Shown: one piece after another, positions 43,445 to 54,565 of the stretch | Layout of the letters: the number at the start of each line of letters is the position of its first letter | Numbering within the stretch: position 1 is the stretch's first letter | Source of the DNA: Prasinococcaceae sp. CCMP 1430 | Taxonomy: Eukaryota; Plantae; Prasinodermophyta | Assembly: GCA_013416795.1 (NCBI GenBank) | Contig: RQSC01000630.1 | Span: forward strand, 156,832-220,831 | Length of the DNA stretch: 64,000 nt | Direction of reading: 5' to 3' | Notes under the pieces: model-generated | The model's database searches: none | What the model saw: the letters and a program-made list of their open reading frames with translations, nothing else | What the model was told of the DNA's origin: nothing | Translations under genes and position numbers: made by a program

Positions 43445-45061
43445 ATGGCATCTACCGCCGACTTCGTGTCCGAGCTCGTGCTCGCGAAGCAGGCTTGCCG
43501 CGGCGAATTCACGCTCGAGCAGATCGCGCAGTCAAGGCGCGAGGACCTGCCGCCGCCCGCCAACAAGGGCACGCACCGCGCGGTAGCTGCGCTGCTGTCG
43601 CCGCGCAGCATCGAAGCATGCCTGCGCGAGGGTGTCAACCCGGTTTCGCTGCTCAAGCGGGACGTGAGCTCGTTCGCCGGGCCGGGCGTGGGCCCCGCCG
43701 AGCAGAAGCTGCGAGCGGACATGTACGAGGAGCTGCGCACCGAGTCGCTGCGTGCGGTGACCGAGTCGCGTGCGGCTTTGCCGGCACCCGCGCGGTCGTC
43801 CGGACCGGGCTCGTCTACGCTTGGCGAGCCCTCGGGCCAGATGACGGCAGGGCCCCGGTCGTCGTCACCCGAGCAGCATGCGGAAATGTTCGAGAACGAG
43901 GAGCGCGCCCTGCAGGTCATGAAGCGCCGCCAGGCGCGCGAGATGGAGACCCTGCTCCGCGCGGAGGAGACGCGCGCGGAGATGGAGGAGATGCAGACGG
44001 CGAAAGTCAAGCGCGAGCAGCGGCGCGCCTTGGAGTTGAAGCGGCGCCAAGAGAGAAAGGAGGCCGAGTGGCGCGCCAGCCAGCAGAAACTCGCACTGCA
44101 GCGCAAGGCCAAGGAGGAGGCCGCCGAGCTTGCAGCGCGCGCGGAGGCCAACAAGCGCCACGAGGAGGAGGCAAAGTTGGTCGTCGCGCGCAAGGCGAAG
44201 GAACGCAAGGCGCAGCGCGCGCGCTTCCTGAAGGGCCAAGAGGAAGCCGCTCGTGCCGCGAAGTTCCGCGCGCAGACGGAGCGCTTCATCGAGATGCAGA
44301 TCCAAGAGCTGGAGCAGAAGTCGAAGCAGATAGCTATCCGAGATGCGGAGCGACGCGCGGCGCTCGAGGAGCAGCGCAAGAAGCGCGTGAGAAAGCAGAT
44401 GGCTGAGCGTCAGCGCGCGTTGCGCCGGCAGCAAAAAGCGCGTGAGGCAGCCCAATATGTGCTCGTGAAGCGCCGCGCAGTGTTCAGCGCGCAGCAGGAC
44501 GCGCTCAAGAAGCGGTTGGACGACCTGGAGCGCAAGCGTGCCGCGGACGAGGTGCGGATGCGGCTGGAGGCGGAGCGCAACGCGGAGCGGCGGATGGCGG
44601 CCATTGCGGAGGCCAAACGCGAGGAGGAGAAGCGCATCGAGGCCATTGTCGCCAAGAAGAGTCGACAAGACGAGCGCCTCGCGGCAGCGTACGACAAGCG
44701 CAAGTTCGAGGCCGCCCAGAAAAACGCGCAGCGCGCCATCAAGCAGTCGCTGCGAACTTCGAAGGTGGAGGCGATGCAGCGCGCTTCCGAGTACAAGCGC
44801 GCCATGCTGCGCTCTCGCCTGCAGGAGCAAGAGCAGCGCGTTGACGACATGCTCGAGCAGCGCTTTGCCATGCAAAACAGGCGGCGCCTGCAGAACCAGC
44901 AGGCTGACATGCAGAAGGCCAAGATGCGCGATCTGCTCGACCGCCTGCAGTCCACTAATATCACGTGGTCGGACCTCTCGCAGACCACCGGCGGGGACAT
45001 GTCCATGGAGGCGCTCGAGAGGGCCGTCACCAAGAAGAAGGGCAGCGCAGGGACGCTGTAG
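43445..45061 (+). CDS. Coiled-coil protein (CCDC177-like N-terminal motif; possibly flagellar or cytoskeletal)
   Basis: LSPRSIEACLREGVNPVSLL followed by about 350 aa of E/R/K/Q-rich helix. Confidence 0.75.
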   Translation: MASTADFVSELVLAKQACRGEFTLEQIAQSRREDLPPPANKGTHRAVAALLSPRSIEACLREGVNPVSLLKRDVSSFAGPGVGPAEQKLRADMYEELRTESLRAVTESRAALPAPARSSGPGSSTLGEPSGQMTAGPRSSSPEQHAEMFENEERALQVMKRRQAREMETLLRAEETRAEMEEMQTAKVKREQRRALELKRRQERKEAEWRASQQKLALQRKAKEEAAELAARAEANKRHEEEAKLVVARKAKERKAQRARFLKGQEEAARAAKFRAQTERFIEMQIQELEQKSKQIAIRDAERRAALEEQRKKRVRKQMAERQRALRRQQKAREAAQYVLVKRRAVFSAQQDALKKRLDDLERKRAADEVRMRLEAERNAERRMAAIAEAKREEEKRIEAIVAKKSRQDERLAAAYDKRKFEAAQKNAQRAIKQSLRTSKVEAMQRASEYKRAMLRSRLQEQEQRVDDMLEQRFAMQNRRRLQNQQADMQKAKMRDLLDRLQSTNITWSDLSQTTGGDMSMEALERAVTKKKGSAGTL

Positions 45062-45325
45062 GACGCCATCTGGCGAAACCGCGCATGGGATGCAAGCTGG
45101 GGATATGACGGCACTGGCGAGGACGCTAGCTGGAGCGCGTCCGAGACACGCAACCACCGAGCGCCTCTGCGGATGCGGAGGAGAGCGGGGTGTGGGCCTG
45201 CGAGGCGTATAGTACGTGTGCAAACAGCCCGCCACAGTTTGCTCCCTGCCGAGCCCGAGTACAAAGCCAGCTCTAGTGCACCATGTTTAGAGCGCAAAAA
45301 GCTACGTGCGTGCCCGCAGGCGCCG

Positions 45326-47152
45326 CTATCCACGCCCCACGAAGGCCGCTTTGGCCTCATCCAGCTCATTTGGCTCCCTCAAATTGATAAGGTCCTCGGC
45401 GCGGGCGAGCCTTTGAAGCCTGTGCAGCAGCATGTACACGAAGCAGTGCACGAACAGCGCGTAGAGCACGACCCAGAGGCGCAGGAGGGGGTTCTGCGAG
45501 AGCACGCGCCCGAAGGTGATTGCCCCCCTATCGAGCACGCGCGCGGCCGTCTGCACCTGCGGCCCGATGGCTGGCGCCCGTCCAATCTGTTCGTACACGC
45601 CGCCGCCGTGCGCATCGAGCGAGCTCACGGCGGAGCTCGCCTGCGACTCGGCCTGCGCGCGAATGCGCGCAACGCGCTCGGCCTCGTCACGAGCAGCGGC
45701 AATCTCGGCAGCCATGCGACGCTCCAGCGAGGACTTGTCGCTCTGGGCGCGCTCTAGGGCCGTCTGTTTGGCGTACAGCAGCTCAGTAAGCTCGGCGAAG
45801 CGGCGCTGCATGCTCTCTGCGCCACCTCCCTCGCTTTGGAGCGAGGCAGGCGCCGGCGCGGACGCGGGCATCGCTTCTTTCTGCCGTCGCTCCAGCGCAA
45901 GGGCATCCCGCATGGCATCGACCTCCGCGCGAGCGGCCTCGAGCTCGAGCTTGGCATCTGCGAGCTGCTGCTGCTGGGCGTTGGCGGCGCCGTCGTTCTG
46001 CGCACGAACCGCAGCTTCGCGCGCGAGAGCCGCCTCTGCCGCCTCGCTCTGCTCAACGAGAGCTGTGTTCTCAGCCTCGAGGATTGCTGCCTTGCTCTCG
46101 GCATCAGTGGCGCGTTTTTGAGCGTCCACGGCGGTAATCGAAGCGCGCGTGGCCTCGGCACGCGTGGCCGACAATGCCGCGTCGAGCGAGCGTATGCGTC
46201 CCGCCGCCTCCTCGCGGGCAGCAGCCGCCTCCTTACGCTCTTCCGCGAGGGCGCGCTCGCGGGCGGCAAGGTCGGCCCGCAGCGACGTTAAAAGCCCCGC
46301 CGGCGCAGAAACATCCAACGCATCCGGGCCCCCAGGCTGCTGCGGCCGCTCGTCGCCGGCGTCCGCGCCTCCTGGGACGGAGCCTGTGTCAGGCGCCTGC
46401 GCTCCTGCGGCCTTGGCCTCCGCCAGCCTCGTCTCAGCGGCAGCGGCAGCGCGCTCGGCATCGCCGAGGCGAGCGAGGAGTGTATCGCGCTCTTTGGCAA
46501 GCTTTCCCGCTTGCGACTTCGCCTGCGCGGCGAGCGCGGTGGCCTGGGCTTGCGCGCCTACGAGCTCTGTCTTGGCGGCCGCAGCTTCTTTCGACGCAGT
46601 GTTTCGCGCCAGTTGGTGCTCCGCGCACATACGCTCGAGTGCCTCCACCTCAGCCTGGGACTCGGACAGTTTGTCACCAAGCGAGTCGCACAGACGCTGT
46701 AGCCTCGCCTCCCGCGACGAGCCTTCCGAGGAAGCACCCCCATCGTGATAGTCGGCGGGTGCGTCTGCGGCATCGCGCCCGCCCGCTGCGGCGCGCGCCC
46801 CATCTGCATGTGTCGCCTCCGGCAGCCGTCTGGACTCGACGGGCCTCGCCTTTCGCCGCTGTGACGCTTTCGCGCCACTTGTTGCGGCGGATGCCGCAGC
46901 AATGGCCTCGGCCGCTGCCGCTGCTGCGTCGGAGGTTGACCCGGCACCGCCCGGGCCGGTGGCTTGCTCGCCAGCGCCGCCCCCCACCGCGCGCGTTGCG
47001 TCTGCTCTTGCCGCGGTGCCTGAGTTCTCACCAGCTGCGTCGTCCACGTGCGGCTGGGAGCCCACGACCACCGACACGTTGTGCGCCGCGCGGTCGGCCC
47101 TCTCAATGAGCGACTCGGCCTTGTGGAGCTGCGACTGCAACCACGATGCCAT
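45326..47152 (-). CDS. Golgin-84 (golgin A5/GC1)-like tail-anchored coiled-coil protein
   Basis: N-terminal MASWL..KAESLIERAD, long coiled coil, LTELLYAKQTALE, C-terminal LDRGA..FGRVL..NPLLRLWVVLYALFVHCFVYMLLHRLQ. Confidence 0.88.
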   Translation of the reverse strand: MASWLQSQLHKAESLIERADRAAHNVSVVVGSQPHVDDAAGENSGTAARADATRAVGGGAGEQATGPGGAGSTSDAAAAAAEAIAAASAATSGAKASQRRKARPVESRRLPEATHADGARAAAGGRDAADAPADYHDGGASSEGSSREARLQRLCDSLGDKLSESQAEVEALERMCAEHQLARNTASKEAAAAKTELVGAQAQATALAAQAKSQAGKLAKERDTLLARLGDAERAAAAAETRLAEAKAAGAQAPDTGSVPGGADAGDERPQQPGGPDALDVSAPAGLLTSLRADLAARERALAEERKEAAAAREEAAGRIRSLDAALSATRAEATRASITAVDAQKRATDAESKAAILEAENTALVEQSEAAEAALAREAAVRAQNDGAANAQQQQLADAKLELEAARAEVDAMRDALALERRQKEAMPASAPAPASLQSEGGGAESMQRRFAELTELLYAKQTALERAQSDKSSLERRMAAEIAAARDEAERVARIRAQAESQASSAVSSLDAHGGGVYEQIGRAPAIGPQVQTAARVLDRGAITFGRVLSQNPLLRLWVVLYALFVHCFVYMLLHRLQRLARAEDLINLREPNELDEAKAAFVGRG

Positions 47153-47564
47153 GGAGCGGCCCCACGGGCCCCACGAGCAGGCCACAGTCCCGCTCCTCCT
47201 CGGCCTGGGTGCCGCCGGCGCGCGGCGGCCACGGCCGCGGCCGCGGCAATGCGGCGCGGGGAAGGCCCCTCACGGCCCTTTCGATCCGCGCGCGTGGGGG
47301 ATCGCGGCCCTGGTGCCACCCTCGCAACGTGCGGTGTGGCGCACGTCCCCACCACCCCCACCCGACCCCCCGTGCTGGCGTCGCTGACGCTGCTGCTCCT
47401 CTTTTTTCCTGTCCACCTTTTCGCGGCGATTTGAAGCAAGCTGATTTGCAGAGCACAATCCCACGGAAAGAAAGGAAAAGAAAAAGCGCGTGGCGGGGCC
47501 TTCAGAGCAGGTAAGGTACATACATCAAGAGTCTTAAAATTCCGTTGACGCACTCTGACGCGCC

Positions 47565-50500
47565 CTACGGCGAGCCACGAGGGCTGCGGGCGCTGATGAC
47601 CGCTTCAAGCTCGGCGATGATCCTATCAATGGCCGCTGCGCCGACCTCGTCATTGTCAGACTTGGCGGCCACTGCGGCAGCGCGCCTGCACACCTCGAGC
47701 GCCGCACGTGCATCGGCCCATGCCGCCTCTCGCACCGCCGCGCTTGACTCTGTGCCGTCTTCAGCCGTCGTCTCTATTGCCACTGCAGAGTTCACTGCAC
47801 CCACGGTGGCCTCGACGCTCCGCAGCAGCACAACGTTGACGGTCGACGCGTCGAGCTGGGGCGGCGGCGACGGTGCAGGTGACGAGGCCGCCGGTTGTCC
47901 AAACGCGCGTCGCTGCTGCTCTGGCAGAGGCGGCGACGCCTGCGTTTCCTGCGCCAGCGCCTCTGGCGACAACGATGGCGCAAGCTGTCGCAGCAACGCT
48001 AGTTCCTGCTTGGCCTGAAGCAGTTGCAGCTCGATGACCTTTTCCTGCTCCCTCGAAGGGCTGGAAGCGCTATCGACGCCCGCCGAGGGTTGCACGGCTG
48101 CGTCTTCCGCGGCATCCTCTGTTGGCGGCGCCCCACCAGCCGTTTGGGCGCTCGCAATGGGTGACCCCGCGCGCTTGAGCGCATCTCTTTCACGTGTCAC
48201 TGCCGAGAGCTTCTGTTGCAACTCCTCCATTTCTTTCGCCAAACGCGCCCCCGTTTTGAGGCTCTCCTTCGCAGCGTCCAGATCGCGCAGAGCCGCCTCG
48301 GTGGTCGCGCGCGCTTCGGCCTCAGCCTTGGCAACGAGCGCCTCCGCGCGCTCCTCCGCAGCGCGCACCTCAGCCACAGCCTCGGCCTCGAACGAGGCCA
48401 GATCATCCTCGAGGCGCTCGAGCTCTGCCTGCTGCTCCACTGCGAGCCGGGTCGTGCCCGCTGCGGCGGCGAGTCCCTGCTTAGCCGAGAAGAGTCTCGC
48501 CTCAAGTTCGGTCACACGTGCCTCCGCTGCGAGCGCCCGTGAGCTCTCCGCGCGCCCATCGGCCCGCGCGCGCTCCGCTGCCTCCGCTGCCTCCTCGACG
48601 CGCCGCTCGGCGTCGCGCAGCGCTTCATCAAGCTGCTCTGCGCGCGCGACGGCCGCGTCGGCCCGCGCTTCTGCCTCTGCTGCACGCTCACCCGACGTCG
48701 CGACTGACGCAGCGCTGGCCGCTTCTACCTTGGCTGCCATGGCGGCGCTCTCCTCCGCGGTGGCCCGCACAGCAGCAAGCTCTCCGCTGACCTTGTCGAT
48801 GCGGGCCTGCCATTGCGCGGCAGCGCGCTCCTTCCACTCCTCGAAGGCCACCGACGCGCTGTCCACCTCGCCCTTGAGCTGCTCCGCCTGCTCCTCGTAG
48901 TAGCTTGCAAGAGCGATAGCAGATTCCCTGGCGCGCTCGGAAGCAGCGGCATCCTTTTGGGCGTTGGAGGCCTCCGCGGCGGCAGCCTCTGCTGCGGCGG
49001 CAGCCGCGGCTGCACGCGTGACTGATGCCTGTGCCCGCTTGTCAGCGGCGCGCGCGGCCTTGGCCGCGGCCTTACACGCGCGCTCACTCTCAGCAGAAAG
49101 CGCCTGCGACTTGAGAAGCTCGGCCTCGGTCGTCGCCAGGGCGGAGCAGGCCTCATCGCGTTGGGCCATCAAGGCCGCTGCCTTGGCATCGGCGGCATCG
49201 CGCTCCCTCTGCCCTGCAGCCTTTGCGGCACGCAGCGCTGCCGCCGCCGCGGAAATGGCCTCGTCGCGCTTGGCGACGTCCGCAAGCGCCTCGTCTCGAC
49301 TCACCCGGGCCGTTGTCAGTAATGCCTTCGCGCGCCGTCGCAGCGTCTGATAGCGCCGCGTCACACGCGCCTCCCTTTCCTCGGTGTCTTCGAGCTTGTG
49401 CGCAAGGTCTCGCTGCTCCCGCGCCACTTGCTCCTGCACAGCGAGGGCGCGTTCCACCTCAGCGCGCGCGCGTTTCGCTGCAGCTTCGGACTCGAGCGCG
49501 CGCTGTTCGGCCGCCACGCGCGCGTGGAACTCTCTGCCACGGTCGAGCTCGGCGCGAGCAGCGCGCGACGCTGCCATCTCGGCCGCACGGGCGGAAGTCT
49601 GCTGCGCCTGCTGTGCCTCACGCATAGCCTCTTCGTTCGCCAGGCTACGGAGCTCCGCCTGCTGCGAGAGCTCAGTGACGTGTGAGAGCCTCCTAGTGAG
49701 CTCGCTGGCCTCGCCCACAGCTCTATCGCGCTCGGCGGCCGCAACCTTGGCGTCTCGAAGTGCGCGCGATGCCGTGTCCCGCAGACGTGGTAGTTCGACC
49801 GCACCCTGCACGGCCACGGAGAGCTTAGCGCGCAGCGTCGCGACCTCGGCCTGCGCAATCTTCAGCTCCTTCCCCGCTGCACGCGCCTCCTCACGCGCAC
49901 TCTCGAGGAGCGAGGAAGCGGAAGCAGCTGCACTGGCAGTAGCAGCGGCGGATCGCCGCTCGAGCTCCGCCACGCGCCCCTTGCTCGCCGCGGCGGCAGC
50001 CTGCGCGCGCTTGAGGGCGACCACGGCCGCGGAGTGCTGCTCGCGCCACCGCTTGGCCTCTTGCTCGGCCGACGCCGCGCGCTCGCCGGCGGCCTTGCCG
50101 GCGGCCTCGGCAGCCTTGCCGCGCTCACGCGCTGTCGCTGCGGCCGATTTCGCAGCGCGCGCCTCGCGCTCCGTCGCCGCCGCCCGTCCGCGCCAACGCT
50201 CCACGTCGGCGCTCACAACGCCAAGGCGCGCGGTGGCGCCCGCGAGCGCCGCCTCGAGCTGGGATTGCTCCATCTGCGACGAGTCGGCGCGAGGCTTCGA
50301 GCCACTTGATGGCATCGGCGACGCGCCCGCGAGGACCATCGCAGTTGCGCTCGCGTGCTTCGCAGCCGCACTGCCGGCACTTGAGACTTCGATGCCGCGA
50401 CGGCGGAGCAGCGCACGCGGTGCATCGTAGTAGAGGACGTCCACCACGCGACTGAGGCGATCCGAGACGGTCGTGAACGGGACCTCCTCGCGCGCGTCGC

Positions 50501-51593
50501 TGGCGCGGGCGGTGGCAGTAGCGTTGGGGGCATCCTCTTGCTCCCCGTCGCGCGCACGACCTCCTCTCGTGGCTTTGCCGCCGCTCGCAAGCAGTACCTG
50601 GCGCTCGAACGCCGCCTTCGCCGCACGCCTCGAAAGGGCTGCTCCTGCCGCAACTGTCGTCGCAGCGACAACCGCTCCCGCGAGGCCGAGTGAGGGTCCC
50701 GATGCACTGGCGGTAGAGGTTGCCCGTGGAGATTGGGCGGGAGTGGGCAGCGCCGAGCCCTCGGCCGCCGCAGGCACCAGTGCAGCGTTCTGCGCACCCA
50801 TCACCGCCAGAGAGTGCGTCGCTGCGGCTACCGAGGGCGGGCCAGCGGCAACATGGGCCGCGGTCCCTTCGGCCTGGGACTGGGTCTCGGCTTCCGCCTT
50901 GGCAGCATGGACGGCACTCCCTTCGGTCTGGGCCTCGGCCTCCCCCTCGGCGGCCTGGGCGGCCGTCCTCTGGGGCTGGACCTGGACGTCCGCCTCGGTC
51001 CCTTGCGCCGCGGCCTTGGCCTCCTCCGCTTTTCGCGCGCGCTCCTCGCGCCTGGCTTCTCGCCTGAGCTTCCGCCGTTGCCTCCACCCCAACTTGACCG
51101 TGGTGCCCTCGCCACTGACTGTAGCAGCCGCGGCCGTGCTCGCGCCCACGTCTTCGGCAGCATCCGCGCGCGGGGCGGCGGCTGCGCTGGCGCTATTCCC
51201 GCGCTCGCTGCCTCCATCTGTGCCCGTGCGAGCGCCGGCGGCGCTCTCGAGCGAGACGGCGGAGCTGGCAGGCAGCAATTCACGGCCCGCATCGGAACCT
51301 GCCGCATCAAGCGCGCCGGGCTGCGCTGCCTGCACCGCCTCGGGAGCAGCGGGCGCCGGCTGAGCAACGGCGGCGGTCGCCGCATCGGCCGGCGCGGCAG
51401 CAGGCGACGCGGCAGCGCCGGCGCGCGCTCTGGCGCCCGCGGCAATGCGCCGCAGCGCGCGCACTTCGCAGCCCGCACCGCGCCGTTTTCCCGCCCACCC
51501 GCGGGGGCAAACCAAATGCAAATGACGGCCACGCGCTGCGTCGCCCGCCCTCAAAATAATATCCCGCCGGGCGCGCACGAGACCTCCGAACAA
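47565..51593 (-). CDS. Very long Ala/Glu/Arg coiled-coil protein with one hydrophobic segment; start codon uncertain
   Basis: More than 1300 open codons; hydrophobic GLAGAVVAATTVAAGAAL; heptad-rich for about 700 aa. Confidence 0.7.
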   Translation of the reverse strand: MFGGLVRARRDIILRAGDAARGRHLHLVCPRGWAGKRRGAGCEVRALRRIAAGARARAGAAASPAAAPADAATAAVAQPAPAAPEAVQAAQPGALDAAGSDAGRELLPASSAVSLESAAGARTGTDGGSERGNSASAAAAPRADAAEDVGASTAAAATVSGEGTTVKLGWRQRRKLRREARREERARKAEEAKAAAQGTEADVQVQPQRTAAQAAEGEAEAQTEGSAVHAAKAEAETQSQAEGTAAHVAAGPPSVAAATHSLAVMGAQNAALVPAAAEGSALPTPAQSPRATSTASASGPSLGLAGAVVAATTVAAGAALSRRAAKAAFERQVLLASGGKATRGGRARDGEQEDAPNATATARASDAREEVPFTTVSDRLSRVVDVLYYDAPRALLRRRGIEVSSAGSAAAKHASATAMVLAGASPMPSSGSKPRADSSQMEQSQLEAALAGATARLGVVSADVERWRGRAAATEREARAAKSAAATARERGKAAEAAGKAAGERAASAEQEAKRWREQHSAAVVALKRAQAAAAASKGRVAELERRSAAATASAAASASSLLESAREEARAAGKELKIAQAEVATLRAKLSVAVQGAVELPRLRDTASRALRDAKVAAAERDRAVGEASELTRRLSHVTELSQQAELRSLANEEAMREAQQAQQTSARAAEMAASRAARAELDRGREFHARVAAEQRALESEAAAKRARAEVERALAVQEQVAREQRDLAHKLEDTEEREARVTRRYQTLRRRAKALLTTARVSRDEALADVAKRDEAISAAAAALRAAKAAGQRERDAADAKAAALMAQRDEACSALATTEAELLKSQALSAESERACKAAAKAARAADKRAQASVTRAAAAAAAAEAAAAEASNAQKDAAASERARESAIALASYYEEQAEQLKGEVDSASVAFEEWKERAAAQWQARIDKVSGELAAVRATAEESAAMAAKVEAASAASVATSGERAAEAEARADAAVARAEQLDEALRDAERRVEEAAEAAERARADGRAESSRALAAEARVTELEARLFSAKQGLAAAAGTTRLAVEQQAELERLEDDLASFEAEAVAEVRAAEERAEALVAKAEAEARATTEAALRDLDAAKESLKTGARLAKEMEELQQKLSAVTRERDALKRAGSPIASAQTAGGAPPTEDAAEDAAVQPSAGVDSASSPSREQEKVIELQLLQAKQELALLRQLAPSLSPEALAQETQASPPLPEQQRRAFGQPAASSPAPSPPPQLDASTVNVVLLRSVEATVGAVNSAVAIETTAEDGTESSAAVREAAWADARAALEVCRRAAAVAAKSDNDEVGAAAIDRIIAELEAVISARSPRGSP

Positions 51594-51857
51594 CCATTAA
51601 AAAACGCAGAATGATCGGAATGCACTGCACCATCCGTAAAAAAAATCTCTCGTGGACCCTGCATCTGATCTGCTGGACAGTACGCACCCCAATGACCCGA
51701 CCCGACCCTAATGAACGCTGCGTAGTCCGATGGTCGATCTGTTCCCCCGTTCCCGGACCGGCAGCGGTGCGCGGGCTGGCGCGAGGGGGCGGCGCCGGCC
51801 GCGCCGCGCGGCCACACGGCGCGCGCGCGCCGCGCGCGCTCGGAGCGGCGGGCTGCC

Positions 51858-52829
51858 ATGAATAGCATGCTCAACTTCGTGGCCGAGCTCATGGGCGGCA
51901 CGCCGGCGCCAAAGCTCGGCCCCGGCGGCAAGCCGCTGCGCGCAGAGGGGATGCTCACAAAGGTGGGATAGTAGTCACCAGTGCATGCGCACCGGGCCCC
52001 CTACGTACCCCTGCCCTCCCAAGGTTCGCCGGCTGCTGACCCCCTTGGGCCCGCCCGCCCGCGCATGCGCATCGCACACACGGTACTTAGGATGAGGCCC
52101 TGGAGTTCTTCCGCCTCGTCGAATCCGGCATGGACACGTCCGAGTACCGGACGGCGATGCGGTCGCTTGCCGAGAGCGGCCGCGACCCGGTGGATGCCAT
52201 CGAAAAGCTGCAGACGGACTCCTTCGTGTCGATGGGAATAGACCCCAAGCACGGCGCGGCGTGCCTAGGCAAGTTGATCAAGGTGTATTCGGACGACAAG
52301 GTCGGACGCGTGCGCCTGTGCGCGCGAGCACGCTCGCGCGCCGCATGCACGAGCGCGCAATCGGAACCCTGCTGACCCTCGTGCGCTCCGTTGCGAGCGC
52401 GTGTCCCCCTGCCAGGCGTTTTGCGAGGCGGTATACGAACACGCGGCCAAGGAGGAGGCCGCATGCCAGCGGTCGGAGGCGTCAGAGGCACAGGCGATGC
52501 AAATGCGCGCGCAACAGGAGGCTATGTCACAGGCGTGGAACTGCATGAGCGAGGCCGACAGAAGAGCTCAAATGGAGCAACGGGCCATGGTCCGCGAGGC
52601 TCTCAGCAAGCTGACCCCGGAGCAGCAGCAGGCGATGATGATGCAGCAGCAGCAGGCTATGATGCAGCTCATGCAGCGCATCCAGGGGCTGCCGCCCGCA
52701 CAGCAGCAAGCAGAGGTGATGGCCCACCAACAGGCACAGACAGCGTCGCTGCTGGGATCGCAGTCCGCCGCGCTGGCACATGCCGCGCCGACTGCGCAGA
52801 CCGCCGCTCCCATGCAGCAGACCATGTGA
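51858..52829 (+). CDS. Hypothetical protein (weak resemblance to protein C10/GRCC10) with Q/M-rich tail, 3 exons
   Basis: ATG 51858; introns about 51963-52090 and 52301-52415; LTKDEALEFF..AIEKLQTDSFVSMGID..LGKLIKVYSDD. Confidence 0.6.
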
Positions 52830-53047
52830 GAGAATCGACACAGAAACCGCACACGCCACGCGCGCACCCTCGGCGCTCGCGGATGCCACCCACGCCCTCG
52901 CGCGTCGTTACGCGGCCGTCACGCCGTGATCATTACAAGTGTGGCCGCGACTCGCGACGGCCCGCGACGGCCGCGCGCGCGTCTCAGCGCTCGCACGGTC
53001 GCTTCGTCCGGGCGCGAATCCGCTAGCGATCGTTGAGCCTGGGCGGC

Positions 53048-54565
53048 TCACGCCACGTTTGCGAAGATGTAGTTCGCGATGGCCTGCAGCGCGGTGGCGA
53101 CAAGCACGAACAGCTTGGCTGCGCCCTTGCTCACGAAGGCGGCCGCCAGCGCGATGAGCTCAAGGAAGTTCTTCGCTGACACGAGCTCACCCTTGTACGC
53201 ACGCACCGCGTCCTTGCCGCGGTCCTTGCGCGCCTGTCGCTCGGCCTGCGCCTTCGCTTCGGCAGCGCTCATGCGCGCCTCGGCCTCCTCGCGCGCCTTG
53301 CGCTCCTCTGCCAGCTGCTGTTGGCGCGCCGCCGCAGCCTCCTGTGCGCGCGCCTTGGCGGCACTCTCCGCCTCCGCCTGCGCCGCCGCCTTGGCGGCGG
53401 CTTCGGCCTCCTCGGCCGCCGCCTTCGCGGCCGCCTCCTTCGCCGCGGCCTCCTTCGCCGCAGCCTCCTTCGCCGCCGCCTCCTTCGCCGCCGCCTCCTT
53501 CGCCGCCGCCTCCTTGGCTGCGGCCTCCTTTGCCGCAGCCTCGGCCTCGGCCTCCGCGTCCGTCACCCCAGCCTCCGCGCTGGCATCGTCGGCGGCGACG
53601 GTGCCGGAGGCCTCAGCGGCGGCCTGCTGCGCCTGCGCCTGCTCTGCCGCCGCCGTTGCGGCAGCGGCTGCAGCCGCGCGCGCCGCCGCGGCATCGGCCG
53701 CTGCCTTCTCGGCGGCGGCCGCCCGCTCCGCGGCCTCCTGCTCAGCCTTCTGCCTCGCCGCCGCCTGCTCCTGCTCAGCCTTGGCTTTCGCAGCGGCAGC
53801 CTCTTCCGCCTTGGCCTTGGCGGCCTCGGCAGCGGCGCGCTCCTCCGCGGCCTCCTTCGCCGCGGCGGCCTCCTTCGCCGCGGCGGCCTCCTTCGCCGCG
53901 GCGGCCTCCTTCGCTGCTGCGTCGGCCTCGTCGCGCATGCCAGCGACGGCGCTCGACGCACCGCTCGACGTGCTGGATGCGGAGGCGCGTGCACGGCGCG
54001 CCGCCTCCTGCGCCTCGGCCGCGCGGATGTTGGCCTCAGCGCGCTGACGCGCCTACGCTCGCACGCACAGAGCGCGCCGCTGTCAGCTCGATTCTCCGCA
54101 TGGCTCGCGCGTCGCAGCGTTTTTTGCTCGGGTGCGCGCACGTACCAGGAGCTCGGAGTCCTCGATGCGCTGCTTGAGGGCGTCACCGTCGGATGTGATT
54201 GCGCCACCGCTCTTCTTCGCCGGGGCTGGCTTGGCCTCCTTGGCGGGAGGGGGAACCTTGGGCGGCGGCGCGGGGGCGTCGCCTGCGGCCTCGAGCGCCT
54301 TGAGGCGCTCCTTCTCCGCCTGGATCTGCGCCAGGCGCTTGGCGCGCTTCTCCTTCATCTTCTCAAGGTCAACGGCGGCCACGTCTGCGAGCGCGGGGTT
54401 GCTCAGGGCATCGGCCGCTGCCAGCGCGGGCTGGGCGGCCATGAAGCCCGCGAGGAGCGCGGCGCCGGCCGCGTTCGCCGCGCCCTCGCCGCCGAGACCC
54501 CGCCGCCGCCGCGCGCTGGTCGCCACCCGCCGCGCGCGCGCCGCTCCCGGGCGATGCGCGAGCAT
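53048..54565 (-). CDS. Ala-rich helical protein with bipartite plastid/thylakoid-type leader and hydrophobic C-terminus, 2 exons (54565-54146, 54043-53048)
   Basis: MLAHRPGAARARRVATSARRRR..AAGAALLAGFMAAQPALA; CTG|GTACGT donor and TCAG acceptor in phase 0; (EAAAK)n repeats; C-terminal FLELIALAAAFVSKGAAKLFVLVATALQAIANYIF. Confidence 0.75.
53420..53545 (-). repeat. Coding 15-bp tandem repeat (EAAAK x about 8); related 18-bp EAAAAK repeat at about 53847-53920
   Basis: gcctccttcgccgc(c/g/a) units read directly. Confidence 0.9.

Noticed and set aside
53420-53920. CRISPR-like array
   Set aside because: These are coding tandem repeats without unique spacers, in a eukaryotic context.
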